The notes beneath the pieces are model-generated. The model was not told the origin of the DNA. It worked only from the letters and a program-made list of their open reading frames with translations, and made no database searches. A DNA stretch of 64,000 nucleotides, taken from contig NC_068981.1 in the NCBI RefSeq assembly GCF_001194135.2, positions 126,164,191 to 126,228,190 on the forward strand, in the 5' to 3' direction. Positions 11,651 through 24,100 of the stretch are shown piece after piece (the stretch's first letter is position 1; every line of letters begins with the position of its first letter). The DNA is from Octopus bimaculoides. Its lineage: Eukaryota. The translations under genes were made by a program, and so were the position numbers.

Positions 11651-12814
11651 CAGCTGATAATGGACATATAAAAAGGCTAGTCATTTATTCTTTATTTAGG
11701 TATTGATGAACAAATAGTATTAACTTATCTCAATTTAAAAGATAGATCTGTAGCTGAAATTGAAAACCAAATACTTGTGATTATAGAACCAGCATCTCAT
11801 CCAGGTATCTATTGTTTTTTAGCTGTTTCTACATGTATCTGTTAAGGTTAAAAAAATAATCTATTTTATATTATTTTTTTTTATTCTGAAGGGAAACATT
11901 TTAATCTATCTAGAAAGAGCCTTATGGTATGAAATAACTGGAAAATTTATGTGAAGTCGTTAAGTTTGATATTAAATGTGAACTCATCTTTGTCATCATT
12001 TTACTACAGTTGCATAGCTTGACCGGGTCTTCTGCACATTGAAATAAGTTATTGGAACTGATGTGATGGTCAGAAAGAGATGTAGTGAGAAAGTTTTGCA
12101 GTATGGTATGGTATTATGTTACAGTATGGGTAGAAAGAAACTCAGTGGAAACTTAGAGTGAGGTGGAATAGAGTCTGTTGGTTTGGAGAAAAAGGCAAAT
12201 TGGAAACTGTGTTATGGCAGTTTTTGTGAAAAGAACATTTTTTGTTTTAATTATTGAGGGATCAATCTGAGCATCATCAATCATGAGTTTGTAGTATTGT
12301 CTTCTCATCAGTCTTTCGGTAAATTATTTTGCATCTTATGGTTGAGGCAGTTCTCTTTGTATCATGGCTACCCTCTCCCCCACCTATGACTGTGATTAAA
12401 CATTAACTCATTTTCCATTATCTAGCAGGAATTAATGTATAATTATCAAGTTTGCTCCAGTCTCATACACACATATACACACTCATAATATTTGAGATGT
12501 TTAGAAAATGGGCAGAATATAGATAACTTGGAAGATATAGGTATATCATCATTGCCATCGTTTTAACATCCATTCTTTCATACTTACATGGATTGGATGA
12601 AATTTATTGAGGTGGATTTTCTACAGTCAGATGCCCTTCTTGTTACCAAGCCTCACCTGTTGCTAAGTAAGGTAATATTTCCTCCATTACTAGCCATGTT
12701 TCACAGGAAATTGGAAACAAAGGACACTGTTTGCATGATGGTGGCATTCATTTACAACTATTACATGAAGTCAAGGCAAGGAGAGTGACACACATGTGTG
12801 CATAGACACGCACG

Positions 12815-12846
<32 letters not shown>

Positions 12847-13089
12847 TACAGACATGTAATATATACATCAACATCATCATTTAATCTTTGTGTGCCATGT
12901 TGGCATGGGTTGGATGGTTTGAGAAGAGCTGGTAAGCCAGAGGACTGTCAAGTTCCACTTTGTTTTGGCATGCTTTTTACAGATGGATGTCCTTCCTAAT
13001 GCCAACCACTTTACAAAGTGGATTCAGCACTAGCTAAATAGCACCAGTGAAGTCTACTTTGGTATGGTTTTATGACTGGATGCCCTAAA

Positions 13090-13215
13090 ATGGGCTTCTT
13101 TCAGTTTCCCATTCCCAAATCCATTTACAAGGCTTTGTTTCGCTCAAGGCTATAGTAGAAGACAATTGGCCGAGGTAACACACAGTGGGACTGAACCCAA
13201 GACCACACAGCTATG
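13090..13215 (-). mobile_element. SINE family A head fragment
   Basis: Reverse complement of the head ('gggactgaacccaagaccacacag', 'ggctatagtagaagaca', 'caaatccatttacaaggctttg'). Confidence 0.7.
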
Positions 13216-13252
13216 TCTGTACCTGTGTCTTTGCCTATATATATATATATAT

Positions 13253-13830
13253 GAGGGAACCCGTGGAAGAGGTAGGCCCAGGAAGACCTGGGCTGAGGTG
13301 GTGAGGCAAGACCTTCGAACATTGGGCCTCACCGAGGCGATGACTACTGACCGAGACCTTTGGAAATGTGCTGTGCGTGAGAAGACCCGGAAAGCCAAGT
13401 GAGATCGTTGCCAGTGCCCCTGGACGGGCTCTTGTGCAGGTGGCACATAAGATGTTCCATCCTGAGCGTGACCGTTGCNNNNNNNNNNNNNNNNNNNNNN
13501 NNNNNNNNNNNNNNNNNNNNNNNNNNNNNNNNNNNNNNNNNNNNNNNNNNNNNNNNNNNNNNNNNNNNNNNNNNNNNNNNNNNNNNNNNNNNNNGGTGGC
13601 ACATAAAAGACACCATTTCGAGCGTGGCCGTTTTCGTGCGGGTGACACGTAAAAGCACCCACTACACTCTCTGAGTGGTTGGCGTTAGGAAGGGCATCCA
13701 GCTGTAGAAACTCTGCCAAATTAGATTGGAGCCTGGTGTAGCCATCCGGTTGCACCAGTCCTCAGTCAAATCGTCCAACCCATGCTAGCATGGAAAGCGG
13801 AGGTTAAACGATGATGATGATGATGATGAT
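13253..13830 (+). mobile_element. 5'-truncated RTE LINE: ORF C-terminus, 3' UTR and (GAT)n tail
   Basis: EGTRGRGRPRKTWAEVVRQDLRTLGLTEAMTTDRDLWKCAVREKTRKAK* (RTE RGRP..W..D...A.DR..W motif); tail gatgatgatgat; spans an N gap. Confidence 0.9.
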
Positions 13831-14665
13831 ATATATCTTCAAAATTATCTATGCTCAGTTTATTTTCACACCCACAAAATTATATCTAATCCATTCTTCA
13901 TCAGTAATTGGTAATATATCTTTAATATTCAAAATCTCACTGCCATGTTAGCATATTTTATAATTAAAATCAAAAGATCCCTAAACTTATCGATTTATTA
14001 CACACATTTTCTCTTGGAAATATTGTTCATTCTCCTCACTTTTCCAATAATTTTCTCTCCGTTTAGTGTATTTAAAGTGTCTGCTTATTGATAGTCAGTC
14101 TGAGGAACTTCTATTTCTTATATCCACTTCTTATGCATATCAATGATATTGCCTATAGAAAAGTTCCTGATTACTCCCAGTGAACTAAACATGTCAATTA
14201 GGCTTAGTGAGGTTTTAAGATTTTTATATTTCTTAAATGTATGATAAGGATACAGAATTTTTTTTCAATATCTGCTATGCATTGGAAATTAAAAAGAAAT
14301 GTATGCATGTAGTACATGATTCAAGTTCTGATTCTTTTAGAAGCTATAAAAATATAGTGTAATATTTTACACTTTTTGCCTAATCTTGTTAGCTGTTACC
14401 AAATCTTCCTTTTTTAATTGATTACTGTAATGAGCTTGGAAAGTTGTATATTGTAAACAATATGTCAAAGTTCAAGTTGGATCCTTTCAAAGATCAGACT
14501 ATACTTCTGTTTTACAGACATTGTAAATAAAAAAAAAAAAACTACATATAAGAATTGAAGATATGTTCATTATAACATATATCACTTTATTTCTTGATGC
14601 TGAAGCACTAAACTCTGCTTCTTCAGTTATTTAATTCGGCATCTGTGATACACTTTTATTAGCCA

Positions 14666-14912
14666 GAATACAAAATATGGATGATGAAGATGTGATTGGA
14701 GAGAGTTATTTCATTAAGCTGAAAACGTTATAAACTTTGAAATTCGCTGATATAATACATACCAATTATTCTCCTCATATACAACGTACTTAGTGAAACC
14801 AAAAATGTTAATATTTAAAACCATTTATCCAGTGAAAAGTTGTACTTTATGGTAGGGTCAGTTCCAGCTCATGCAATTCTTACTCAGCCCTTGGTATATC
14901 AGTAACACTTAA
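14666..14912 (+). repeat. ~250-bp local direct duplication, copy 2
   Basis: Aligns with 11401-11650. Confidence 0.9.
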
Positions 14913-14954
14913 GAAGACTGGACAGCTACCAATACAATATTCAAGCTTTTAATT

Positions 14955-15118
14955 CATCATCATCGTTTAATATCCGCTTTCCATGTTAGCATGGGTTGGA
15001 CAATTTGATTGAGGACTGGTGAACCAGATGGCTACACCACGCTCCAATCTGATCTGGCAGAGTTTCTACAGCTGGATGCCCTTCCTAACACCAACCACTC
15101 CGAGAGTGTAGTGGGTGA
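14955..15118 (-). mobile_element. RTE LINE 3' terminal fragment
   Basis: Same terminal sequence as 8955-9155. Confidence 0.9.
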
Positions 15119-15245
15119 TAAAAATGTCCATAGTATTGATTGCTACACTAAGCCTTAATTCTGTCTGTAGCTGCCACTAAATAAGGCTCTTTTAAACTGA
15201 GTTTTCTTTATTTGTCTTTGCTGGAGCCTCTATCAGAATCTTTAA

Positions 15246-15462
15246 CCCTTTAGCATTTAAACTGGTCATATCCATCGAAAATAATCTACTTGTTTTAACT
15301 TCAAACTGGCCAAATCTGGCCTCTCCTACTTATTTTACTATATTATTCTAAAAATAAACTACTACGTCATTGAAATCTCAAAACTATATGGTAATGTACG
15401 ATTAATTCAAATCAATTTGATAAATATACCTTACAGTTGATAGAAACCTAAATGCTAAAGGG
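15246..15462. mobile_element. piggyBac-type MITE with TTAA TSD
   Basis: TTAA|CCCTTTAGCATTTA ... TAAATGCTAAAGGG|TTAA. Confidence 0.9.
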
Positions 15463-17217
15463 TTAATGATATATGAATTGACTGGTCACTAAAACAGAGA
15501 AACAACATGGTCTCATAACCACGTTGAGTTTCACATTACCTACTACTACTGAATTACAAAAACAACATATATTGCAAAACTTGAGTTATGAACATTTTCA
15601 TATTAGGGAAAATAAAGGTATGGCATATATGAAGGTATGGCACAAACAATGACCTAAATCAGAATAACAAGGAAACATATATCAGACTCATAGTTAGGCA
15701 GAATAGAAATGGTTTTATTTTTGTTTTTAAATCATTGCAGTAATGGTTGGTACTAGGCTAATTTTAGTAGATTATCCAGATGTAGCTATTTTTTGTTTCT
15801 CTAGAGAAAACTGTAAAATTCATTGTCTTAAACCCAGTTGTTTACTTTAAGCAGCTACAACAACAACAACAACAATAATCTCTTACATGAAACGTATAAA
15901 ATGAAATCTAGTTTATTATTATTTTTCAGAAATGTACTTTCAAAATTTGAAAATTTATCCAGAAAACCTAAAAGTATCTCATTCTATGTAAATTATGAAA
16001 TCAATTTTCAACATTTAATCTGTTGTTATCCAGCATTATAAAAGGCTGAGAATTTAATAAAATCATTAATTGGGCAATATTATTGCTTTCTGTGCATCAT
16101 CATAATTCTTCAAAATTGTTCCAGTTCATTCCTGTTACAGCTAATTAAGTACCTAATTATTTTATATAATTTATCATTAGTACTTTAGATTAAATAATAA
16201 ATTTAATTAAAAGTGTATATAAGAGAGCAGATTTTATCTTTTTTTCAAAAGTTATTCACATTATTTTACTATTCACTCATTAGATTTAGATCCATTGTTA
16301 TCAATATACTTTAACAACAAAATCTCATTTTGTTTGAATATATTTTTCTTATATATTGGGAACAAATTTCACCTCAGGGAGTTATATTTCTGTTTATTAT
16401 CATTGTTTTTATGTATATTTTCCATGCTGGCATGGGTTGTATGAATTGTCATAGTTAGAGTCAGTTTTAAATCAAAGTTATGCTTGCCTAAACAGGTTGG
16501 AAATCATGTCTCACCTCTATATTTTAGTTTGGCAAGATTTCTATGGCTGGGTATCATTTCCTAACGCTAACCACTTTAGGGAGTATCAAAACCAGATATG
16601 ACTGAAGTGTTCTCTTGACAATGTTTCTGCTCCTTTGTCAACCACCTTACAGAATGCATTAGGTGCATTACATTGTGGTACTAGCACCATTAGTGTTGTC
16701 TTCTATTTCACAAAACAAAAGGTAGTTTCATTACTCTTTGTTGCCTCTGTTTGGGGCAACATGACCAACAGAGCAGACAAGAGAAAATGCAATTGCAGAA
16801 GATTTATCATTATTTTCCTCTATAACTTTTCAAAATGACTTATAGTCTCATTTGAAACATCTAATTAATATTTGAGTATTAAAGTAATATCTTTTTAATT
16901 GGAAATTAAATAACTACAGAAGTGATAAAAGTTTTTAAAAGTTCAAACACACTCTTAGATTTTGGGTTAATAGTTCATGTCTTAGCCTTTACTTTTTTGT
17001 TTGGTATCTAATTTACATTATTTGGTTCATTTATATGTCTCTAACTTCAGTATGGTCAATATTTCGAATTTCTGTAGCAACAAATAAGTCAATTTTCTCT
17101 TGAGACAGGACACTAATTTCTTCTAGATAACTTTTCTAAAGAGTTAAGTAATCTCGTTTTTCTTGCACCTAGATTAACTGATACACAGCTAGAGCAGTAT
17201 GCCTCCATTGAATTTAA

Positions 17218-17427
17218 CCCTTTAGCATTCAGACTTCTCTGTCAAGTGTAATGCTTGTTTATTCACAATATTTTGAATTAATTATGCATTATCTCATAGC
17301 ATGCATGTGGGTATTTATTTTTAGAATGACATTGTATAGTAGGTGTGAAAGGCTTGATCTAGTCAGTTTGAACATAAAACAGGTAGAATATTTTGGGCTG
17401 GATATGGCTGGTTTAAATGCCAAAGGG
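17218..17427. mobile_element. piggyBac-type MITE (same family, opposite orientation)
   Basis: TTAA|CCCTTTAGCATT ... AAATGCCAAAGGG|TTAA; interior is the reverse complement of 15246-15462. Confidence 0.85.
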
Positions 17428-17687
17428 TTAAGCCTATCCATTTGGTCATTTCACTTTCAGTTATCTAAAACTTCTAAATTTTTGTCTTTATTAAGAAACC
17501 TTTTCAAATTATGAAAAGACTCCAAGGAAATTAAAAAAAAATTTTTAATATATAAAAAACAACTAAAATGATATTTATTTAGGAAATAGTTTATTTTTGT
17601 TTAAAATCATCATCAGCAATTAACATCTGTTTTCCATGTTGGTATGGATTGGATTTGTAGTTGGAAATTCCTGCTATATTTTCAGGA

Positions 17688-17975
17688 ATCATCATCATCG
17701 TCGTCGTTTAACATCCGCTTTCCATGCTAGCATGGGTTGGACGATTTGACTGAGGACTGGTGAAACCAGATGGCTACACCAGGCTCCAATCTGATTTGGC
17801 AGAGTTTCTACAGCTGGATGCCCTTCCTAACTCAGAGAGTGTAGTGGGTGCTTTTTACGTGCCACCGGCACGAAGGCCAGTCACGCTCAAAATGGTGTAT
17901 TTTATGTGCCACCCGCACAAGAGCCAGTCCAGGGGCACTGGCAACAATCTCTCTCGAAAGTCCTTACACATGCCG
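17688..17975 (-). mobile_element. RTE LINE 3' fragment with part of the 3' UTR minisatellite
   Basis: Reverse complement of 13390-13830. Confidence 0.9.
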
Positions 17976-18102
17976 TGGGCACAAGTGCCATATAGTATAT
18001 ATAGTAGTGTGAAGACATACACAATTATGTGTTGGATATTGGCTAGGTTCAAATGTTAGCTAGTCTCTCTGTATTTAATGTGTTAATATACTCTACATTT
18101 AA

Positions 18103-18320
18103 GGCAGCGAGCTGGCAGAATCGTTAGCTCACTGGGTAAAATGCTTAGTGACATCTTGTCCATCTTCATGTTCTGATTTCAAATTCTGCTGAGGTTGACT
18201 TTACCTTTCATGCTTTCAGGGTTGATAAAAATAAGTACCAGTTAAGCATTAGGGTCAATGTAATCAACTTACCCCTCCTTCTCCAAAATTGTTGGCCTTG
18301 TACCAAAATTTTAAACCAAT
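18103..18320 (+). mobile_element. tRNA-derived SINE (family B) with conserved-core-like domain
   Basis: Head 'ggcagcgagctggcagaatcgttagc'; core 'gaggttgactttacctttcatgctttcagggttgataaaaataagtaccag' resembles the widespread invertebrate SINE central domain (Nin/Meta-type, from memory); second copy at 60252-60460. Confidence 0.8.
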
Positions 18321-18702
18321 ATACTCTACATCTAAAACTAGTCTATTGATATCTATAAAATAAACCTTCACCATTCATTCTGTGCATCTTAAAGTCATGA
18401 AAAAAATGCAGAAGATATTTCAGTTCAGCTCCATAGTCATTTTTAGACACTTTTCTTACGTAAAGTAAAAGAGGTTTGTATTAATTTTAGAAATTAGTTG
18501 CAAAACTCTATCTTTTATATTTCTTGTTATTTTTACTTTGACCACACCTCGTACTATTAGTGACAGAAGGATTTTTATCTCTAATCATTTAGATTTTAAA
18601 ACAAACAAAATGGTGCAGTGTACTATCTTTTCATTAACCAGTTTAATGTGGTGCAGGTGTTTTTACAAAATAATGTTGTCAAAATACTCATCAAGCATTT
18701 AA

Positions 18703-18916
18703 CCCTATAAGCATTCATATTACTATCTTAAATGTTATGCTTACTTATTTAGTTTGTTTTGAATTAATCATGCATTATTGCATAGACTCAAGGTTTTGTT
18801 GATGTTATTTTTAGAATGGCATTGTATGGTAGGTGTGAAAGGTTGGATCTGGATAGTTTAAACATAAAACAGGTAGAATATTTTGGCCAGATAGTGCCGG
18901 TTTAAATGCTAAAGAG
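18703..18916. mobile_element. piggyBac-type MITE (third copy)
   Basis: TTAA|CCCTATAAGCATT ... AAATGCTAAAGAG|TTAA; interior aligns with 17218-17427. Confidence 0.85.
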
Positions 18917-19609
18917 TTAAACACTGACAAGAAAATCTACAACTGTCTGAGACAGAATTAATGAAAATTTAAAACAAAATTCAGCAAAAATATAAACAAA
19001 CCAAAAATAATACCCACAAGAATACTCCTATCAATAAAAATTTTCTGGTCATTTTAATAAAATTTATTTTGGCATATGTAGCATATAGTCTAATTTGTGT
19101 TTAAGAAAATATTGTTTTATCATGCTCTACACCACCTTTACAAAGTTTTCTCTTAACGAAAGAAATTCCAGGAATTTCATTTATGAAGTGTATATTTTTT
19201 AATGAGATTATTTTTCGGGTTTGTGTATGTCAGTTTGTTTTTGAACATAATTTGTTCATATTTGTTGCTTTACATGAAGTGTTGTCCTCTTCATAAAATT
19301 ATCACAATAATTTGTTGCCATTACTTTAGTTGGAGACATACTGATATTTCCTTTTTTTTTTATTGCAGTAATAGTGTTGAACATTTTGGAGAGCATAGGT
19401 CTTTGTTGTATCATATATATATATGGATTATATATCTATGTGTGTATTTAGATAGTTCTCATGGTTTTTGAAATTTGTGGTTACTATTAGTTTTCTGTAT
19501 TCTTGACAAAAAGGATGTCAACTATACTCAGTTTCAAAGATAGTTAACTTTTGCATCTTGCTGGGGTTTTTTTTTATACCTCTATCTCTTTTCTCTTTTC
19601 CCCTCCCCA

Positions 19610-19648
<39 letters not shown>

Positions 19649-19729
19649 TCATTTCTCTTTCCTTTTTGTCTTGTTTCTTCACCTTTTGCCACCTACTGCC
19701 CCTTACTGGCATCAATTTCACCTCTCCAG

Positions 19730-19756
19730 ACACTTCACATCATTGAACTTTATCAA
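19730..19756 (+). other. Candidate 27-nt microexon
   Basis: ~130-nt pyrimidine tract, CAG acceptor and AA|GTAAGT donor; open in phase 0 (TLHIIELYQ) and phase 2 (HFTSLNFI), stop in phase 1. Confidence 0.35.
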
Positions 19757-21063
19757 GTAAGTGCCACCTTCCCTTTTTCTTACCTTTTCTCTTGTTGATA
19801 TGTATTTCAAGGTGTTTACAGTTTCTGCCCTCCAGTTAAACTCCACCCAATTGCAGGGCAAGCCTTGTTTTTCTGAGCCGGTTTGTTTAAGATCATTATT
19901 ATACTATGATAAATGAATTATATTGTAATTGTGAAAATATTTAATGTTTTATCAACCTCATATATGTAATTAAGATTAAAATAACTTGAAATGTAGAATG
20001 TTTTCATTAGAGGAAAGAAAAAAAAAACCTTTCCAAATTAATCTCATATTATCTTAAGAATATTGCCATTTTACATTTTTGCTTGGCAAATCAAAATTTG
20101 GCTGAATAACTAATTTTCCCTTTATTTGTTCATGTATTAACTTGTACCATTTTCACATCAGAATATTAAGTGTTAAGTAAAAANNNNNNNNNNNNNNNNN
20201 NNNNNNNNNNNNNNNNNNNNNNNNNNNNNNNNNNNNNNNNNNNNNNNNNNNNNNNNNNNNNNNNNNNNNNNNNNNNNNNNNNNNNNNNNNNNNNNNNNNN
20301 NNNNNNNNNNNNNNNNNNNNNNNNNNNNNNNNNNNNNNNNNNNNNNNNNNNNNNNNNNNNNNNNNNNNNNNNNNNNNNNNNNNNNNNNNNNNNNNNNNNN
20401 NNNNNNNNNNNNNNNNNNNNNNNNNNNNNNNNNNNNNNNNNNNNNNNNNNNNNNNNNNNNNNNNNNNNNNNNNNNNNNNNNNNNNNNNNNNNNNNNNNNN
20501 NNNNNNNNNNNNNNNNNNNNNNNNNNNNNNNNNNNNNNNNNNNNNNNNNNNNNNNNNNNNNNNNNNNNNNNNNNNNNNNNNNNNNNNNNNNNNNNNNNNN
20601 NNNNNNNNNNNNNNNNNNNNNNNNNNNNNNNNNNNNNNNNNNNNNNNNNNNNNNNNNNNNNNNNNNNNNNNNNNNNNNNNNNNNNNNNNNNNNNNNNNNN
20701 NNNNNNNNNNNNNNNNNNNNNNNNNNNNNNNNNNNNNNNNNNNNNNNNNNNNNNNNNNNNNNNNNNNNNNNNNNNNNNNNNNNNNNNNNNNNNNNNNNNN
20801 NNNNNNNNNNNNNNNNTATATATATTGCTATATTTCCTTTGAGAACTCATTGCAATTGTTTTGCACCAAATAATTATAAATTTATGTAAACACAGCTTTG
20901 TCCCTGTTTTCACTTCATCACATGATGCTTATCAGTTGGAAATTCTTTACTGATTCGCTGAAATACTGCACTGCTTCATGTAATGCAATTTCTGAGGTTA
21001 CATTAAAGTGCTGAGTATGTCTAGAATGATGGAAAGATGCTGTCTCTATTTTTTCTTTACCAG

Positions 21064-21132
21064 TGAAATGGGATTATGACTGCAGTCTTACTAACTTCCA
21101 TCGGCGAGGGAGCTGTGATAGTCTTGCCCAAG
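21064..21132 (+). CDS. Candidate 69-nt symmetric phase-1 exon (LKWDYDCSLTNFHRRGSCDSLAQ)
   Basis: Acceptor ttttttctttaccag; GC-enriched; in frame with exon 6358-6490; weak donor AG|GTCTGT. Confidence 0.4.
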
Positions 21133-24100
21133 GTCTGTACCACTCACATAGCAGCAATAGATTGGCTTGAACTTAGCTCTCAATGTTGCAAGTCCAGTAA
21201 CCAGCCAAATGTCCCATGTTTCATATGCCTTAGCAAGCACACATACACACAAACAAATATACACACAGGCTTCATTATATTTGTTCCAGCATGAGCACAA
21301 GCCAGGGTTGTATTTATTTAAACTGGAGATTTCTGATTTTCATCATTTTTCTTTCTTGTCTTCATCTTTCTGTGATTATTTCTTAGATGTTTTTAGATCA
21401 TATAGCTTTTCTGAGCAGCTGTTGAGCATTTCTATTTTTGTAGTTCTTATTATTTCACTAAAAATGTTCATGATTAAAATCTTATTTCTTAAGCATTCAG
21501 TGTATGTCAAGTGGTGATTTAGTGTTTGCTTTGTTGGTGTTTTCATTTCTTTTCTCTACATTCTCAATATTAACTTCATTTAAGAAGGGTTTCATTGATT
21601 TTGTGATTTATTTCTTATTTTCCTTTTAAATTGCTAAAGTGCTTGATGCAAATAAATGAAAAATTGATGCTAATTTCTTACATCCAATGCACATTAAAAC
21701 ATTATTATTATTATTATTATTATTATTTACATTCAGTTTGCTCTAGATACATTGCATAAACAGTTACTAAGATGGTGTCCCAATGATCCAGTGGTTTAAG
21801 AAACTTAGTACCATCCATTCAATTGCTACTTTGTGCTTGATAAATAATTATTCAAGGTAGCCAAAACCTAAAGAAGTTTAACCTGTTTTGTAATATCTAG
21901 TGTATTGCTTCACTGTTTGAAATTCAATAATGTACTGGGATGATTTTGTTTCCATTCCTTACTGTAATTGAAATAATACCAAGGATACTTCAAACAATAT
22001 TGTTACATCTACTTCCAGAAAATACTTTGTGTTCAGTTAAAGATGTAATCATTATTATTATAGCAGTGAATTTGGTACACTTTGTAATGGATTATGCTAA
22101 ATGATGTAATCATTACTAGAGTACCTCATATTTTTGCATCGAGATCCTAATGGAAACAAAAAAAAAGAAGAAAAAAAAAGAAAGAAATTAAAATATTAAC
22201 TTAAGGTGAAACATAATGTGTGACATTACTTCTTAATTTGTCTAATTAAAATTCATTTTTTTAAATGTTAGTTGTATGTTTAATCTCATAAACTGTATAA
22301 TATAAAATATATAAGTTAAAAAGTAACCATTACTGCTTATTTGAAATAATAATATTTATTACGAATAAATCTCTTTTAATGAACTATTTTCTTATTACAT
22401 TGTAAAGAAATGAGTTGTAATAAATTGTTCATTAACATATAAATTTATAAGCTTCAATATTTCCTATTAGCATACATACATTCATAAATTAATAAATGTT
22501 TTAAGTTCTTTTGTTGTTTTATCCTGTGCAAACTAATTTTAATTGCTTAAAAGTTCATGAAAAAAACTAATTAACAATACTATCTTCTTTTGTGTACAAT
22601 AAGATATTTTTTTAGATATATATATTAAATGTAATAAAGCTTATTTGCTAAATACTGAAAGTTATAGTCTGTAATTATAGTATTAAAAATGTGCAGGTTT
22701 ATCTAATGTAGATTCTGATGTCAAGCTTAGCCAATTGTAAGGCACAGACAGGTGAAATCATCAAAATACCAGAGTAACCTAATTTTTCATTTATATTTGT
22801 ATGGTCCTGACCTGATTAAAATGGGTTGTAGGAATTTATTATACTGTCAACTGTAACAAAATTTATACATTAAAAAAAATCTGAATTTCTTTTCTTCTTC
22901 CAACTTGATCTCCTGAAATGTGTTCTGTGTATAAATAGTTTACTGAATCTTATTCTTGATCATGTTGGTGATTAATTTCTAATTATTAAAGACTCCTTTT
23001 CCATACAGTGATCATTCATAGCATTATCTGTTATGTAATCTATCTTGCTATTATTAGTCTTGCTGTTCAGACCTCTGAATTTCTTCTGTTTCATTCTTTT
23101 GTTCATCACATTCATGTTTTAGAATATACTTCATCCCAAATATACTTTATCATGTCAAATTAGTTGTATTATTAATATTTACAATTAAATTAAAAGCACT
23201 AAGTAATATGTTATTTAATTTAGTTGGATCTGGATTTAGAATAAAAGAACTGAATTAACTAGCTTATGTACTGTTGGAATAATCATAATAGCAAGTACTA
23301 TAGAAATGGTTAGGATAGCTACTTAATGTTTCACTTATATTTGAGAAAGATGGCTTCTCTTTAAAAGAATTGATTACCAACAGTGACTGTTAAATATTTG
23401 CATTTATAGGTATGTTTATGAAATTTTAATTAGTAAATTTCAGTGATGAATGATATGCATGTGCTACAACAGTATATACATAATCACTTTTTGCATTCAG
23501 TTTTAATAGGAAATTGAATCTCTACTGAGCCCATTACATTTGCTAGTCTGTTTCAAATTAATTTGAGAAATTGTTAATTTGGAATAAACTTTTCTTTAAA
23601 ACAACTAAACTCATATATTAATAGAATATTGCTCTTTTCTATCGTGTGTGTATGTGTGAGAGAGAGAGAGAGAGAGAGAATATATTAATATCTAGAAGAA
23701 ATACTTAAAAGTGAAACTATTTGTTATAATGCCTTTATTACACTGCCATTTTGCTCAAGATTTTTCAGTTAGTATTAAGTAGAAATAATATCTGTGGTGT
23801 TCATGAATTCTTCAGTTTTGTTATTTATATGGTTATTTATATTTCACCTATTAAGAGAGATGGTTTGTTATGTAAGTCAAAAATCTCTAACAACTTCAAT
23901 GTTCACTTGCTAAGACTGGATTGCTTCCTTTGGTATTGGAAACAATTTCCTCCAACTTTTAGGCTGCACATACATACAATGTCCATGATGTCAATCTTCT
24001 TTGACATATTTTCTTTGATCTTTTTTATTTTGCTGCCTTATTTCCAGATGTCCTTGTGTCTAGAATTTCGCTTTGCTTGTATATTATTTTCTACTTAGAG

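Noticed and set aside
12270-12330. Minus-strand CTGATGAG hammerhead-like core
   Set aside because: No GAAA core in register and no stem II.
16645-16710. miR-29-like TAGCACCATT
   Set aside because: The 3' half does not match miR-29 and the putative precursor has a 4x4 internal loop with poor pairing.
20920-21000. Box C/D snoRNA-like (ATGATGC ... CTGA)
   Set aside because: Imperfect C box, no terminal stem and no recognisable rRNA antisense element.
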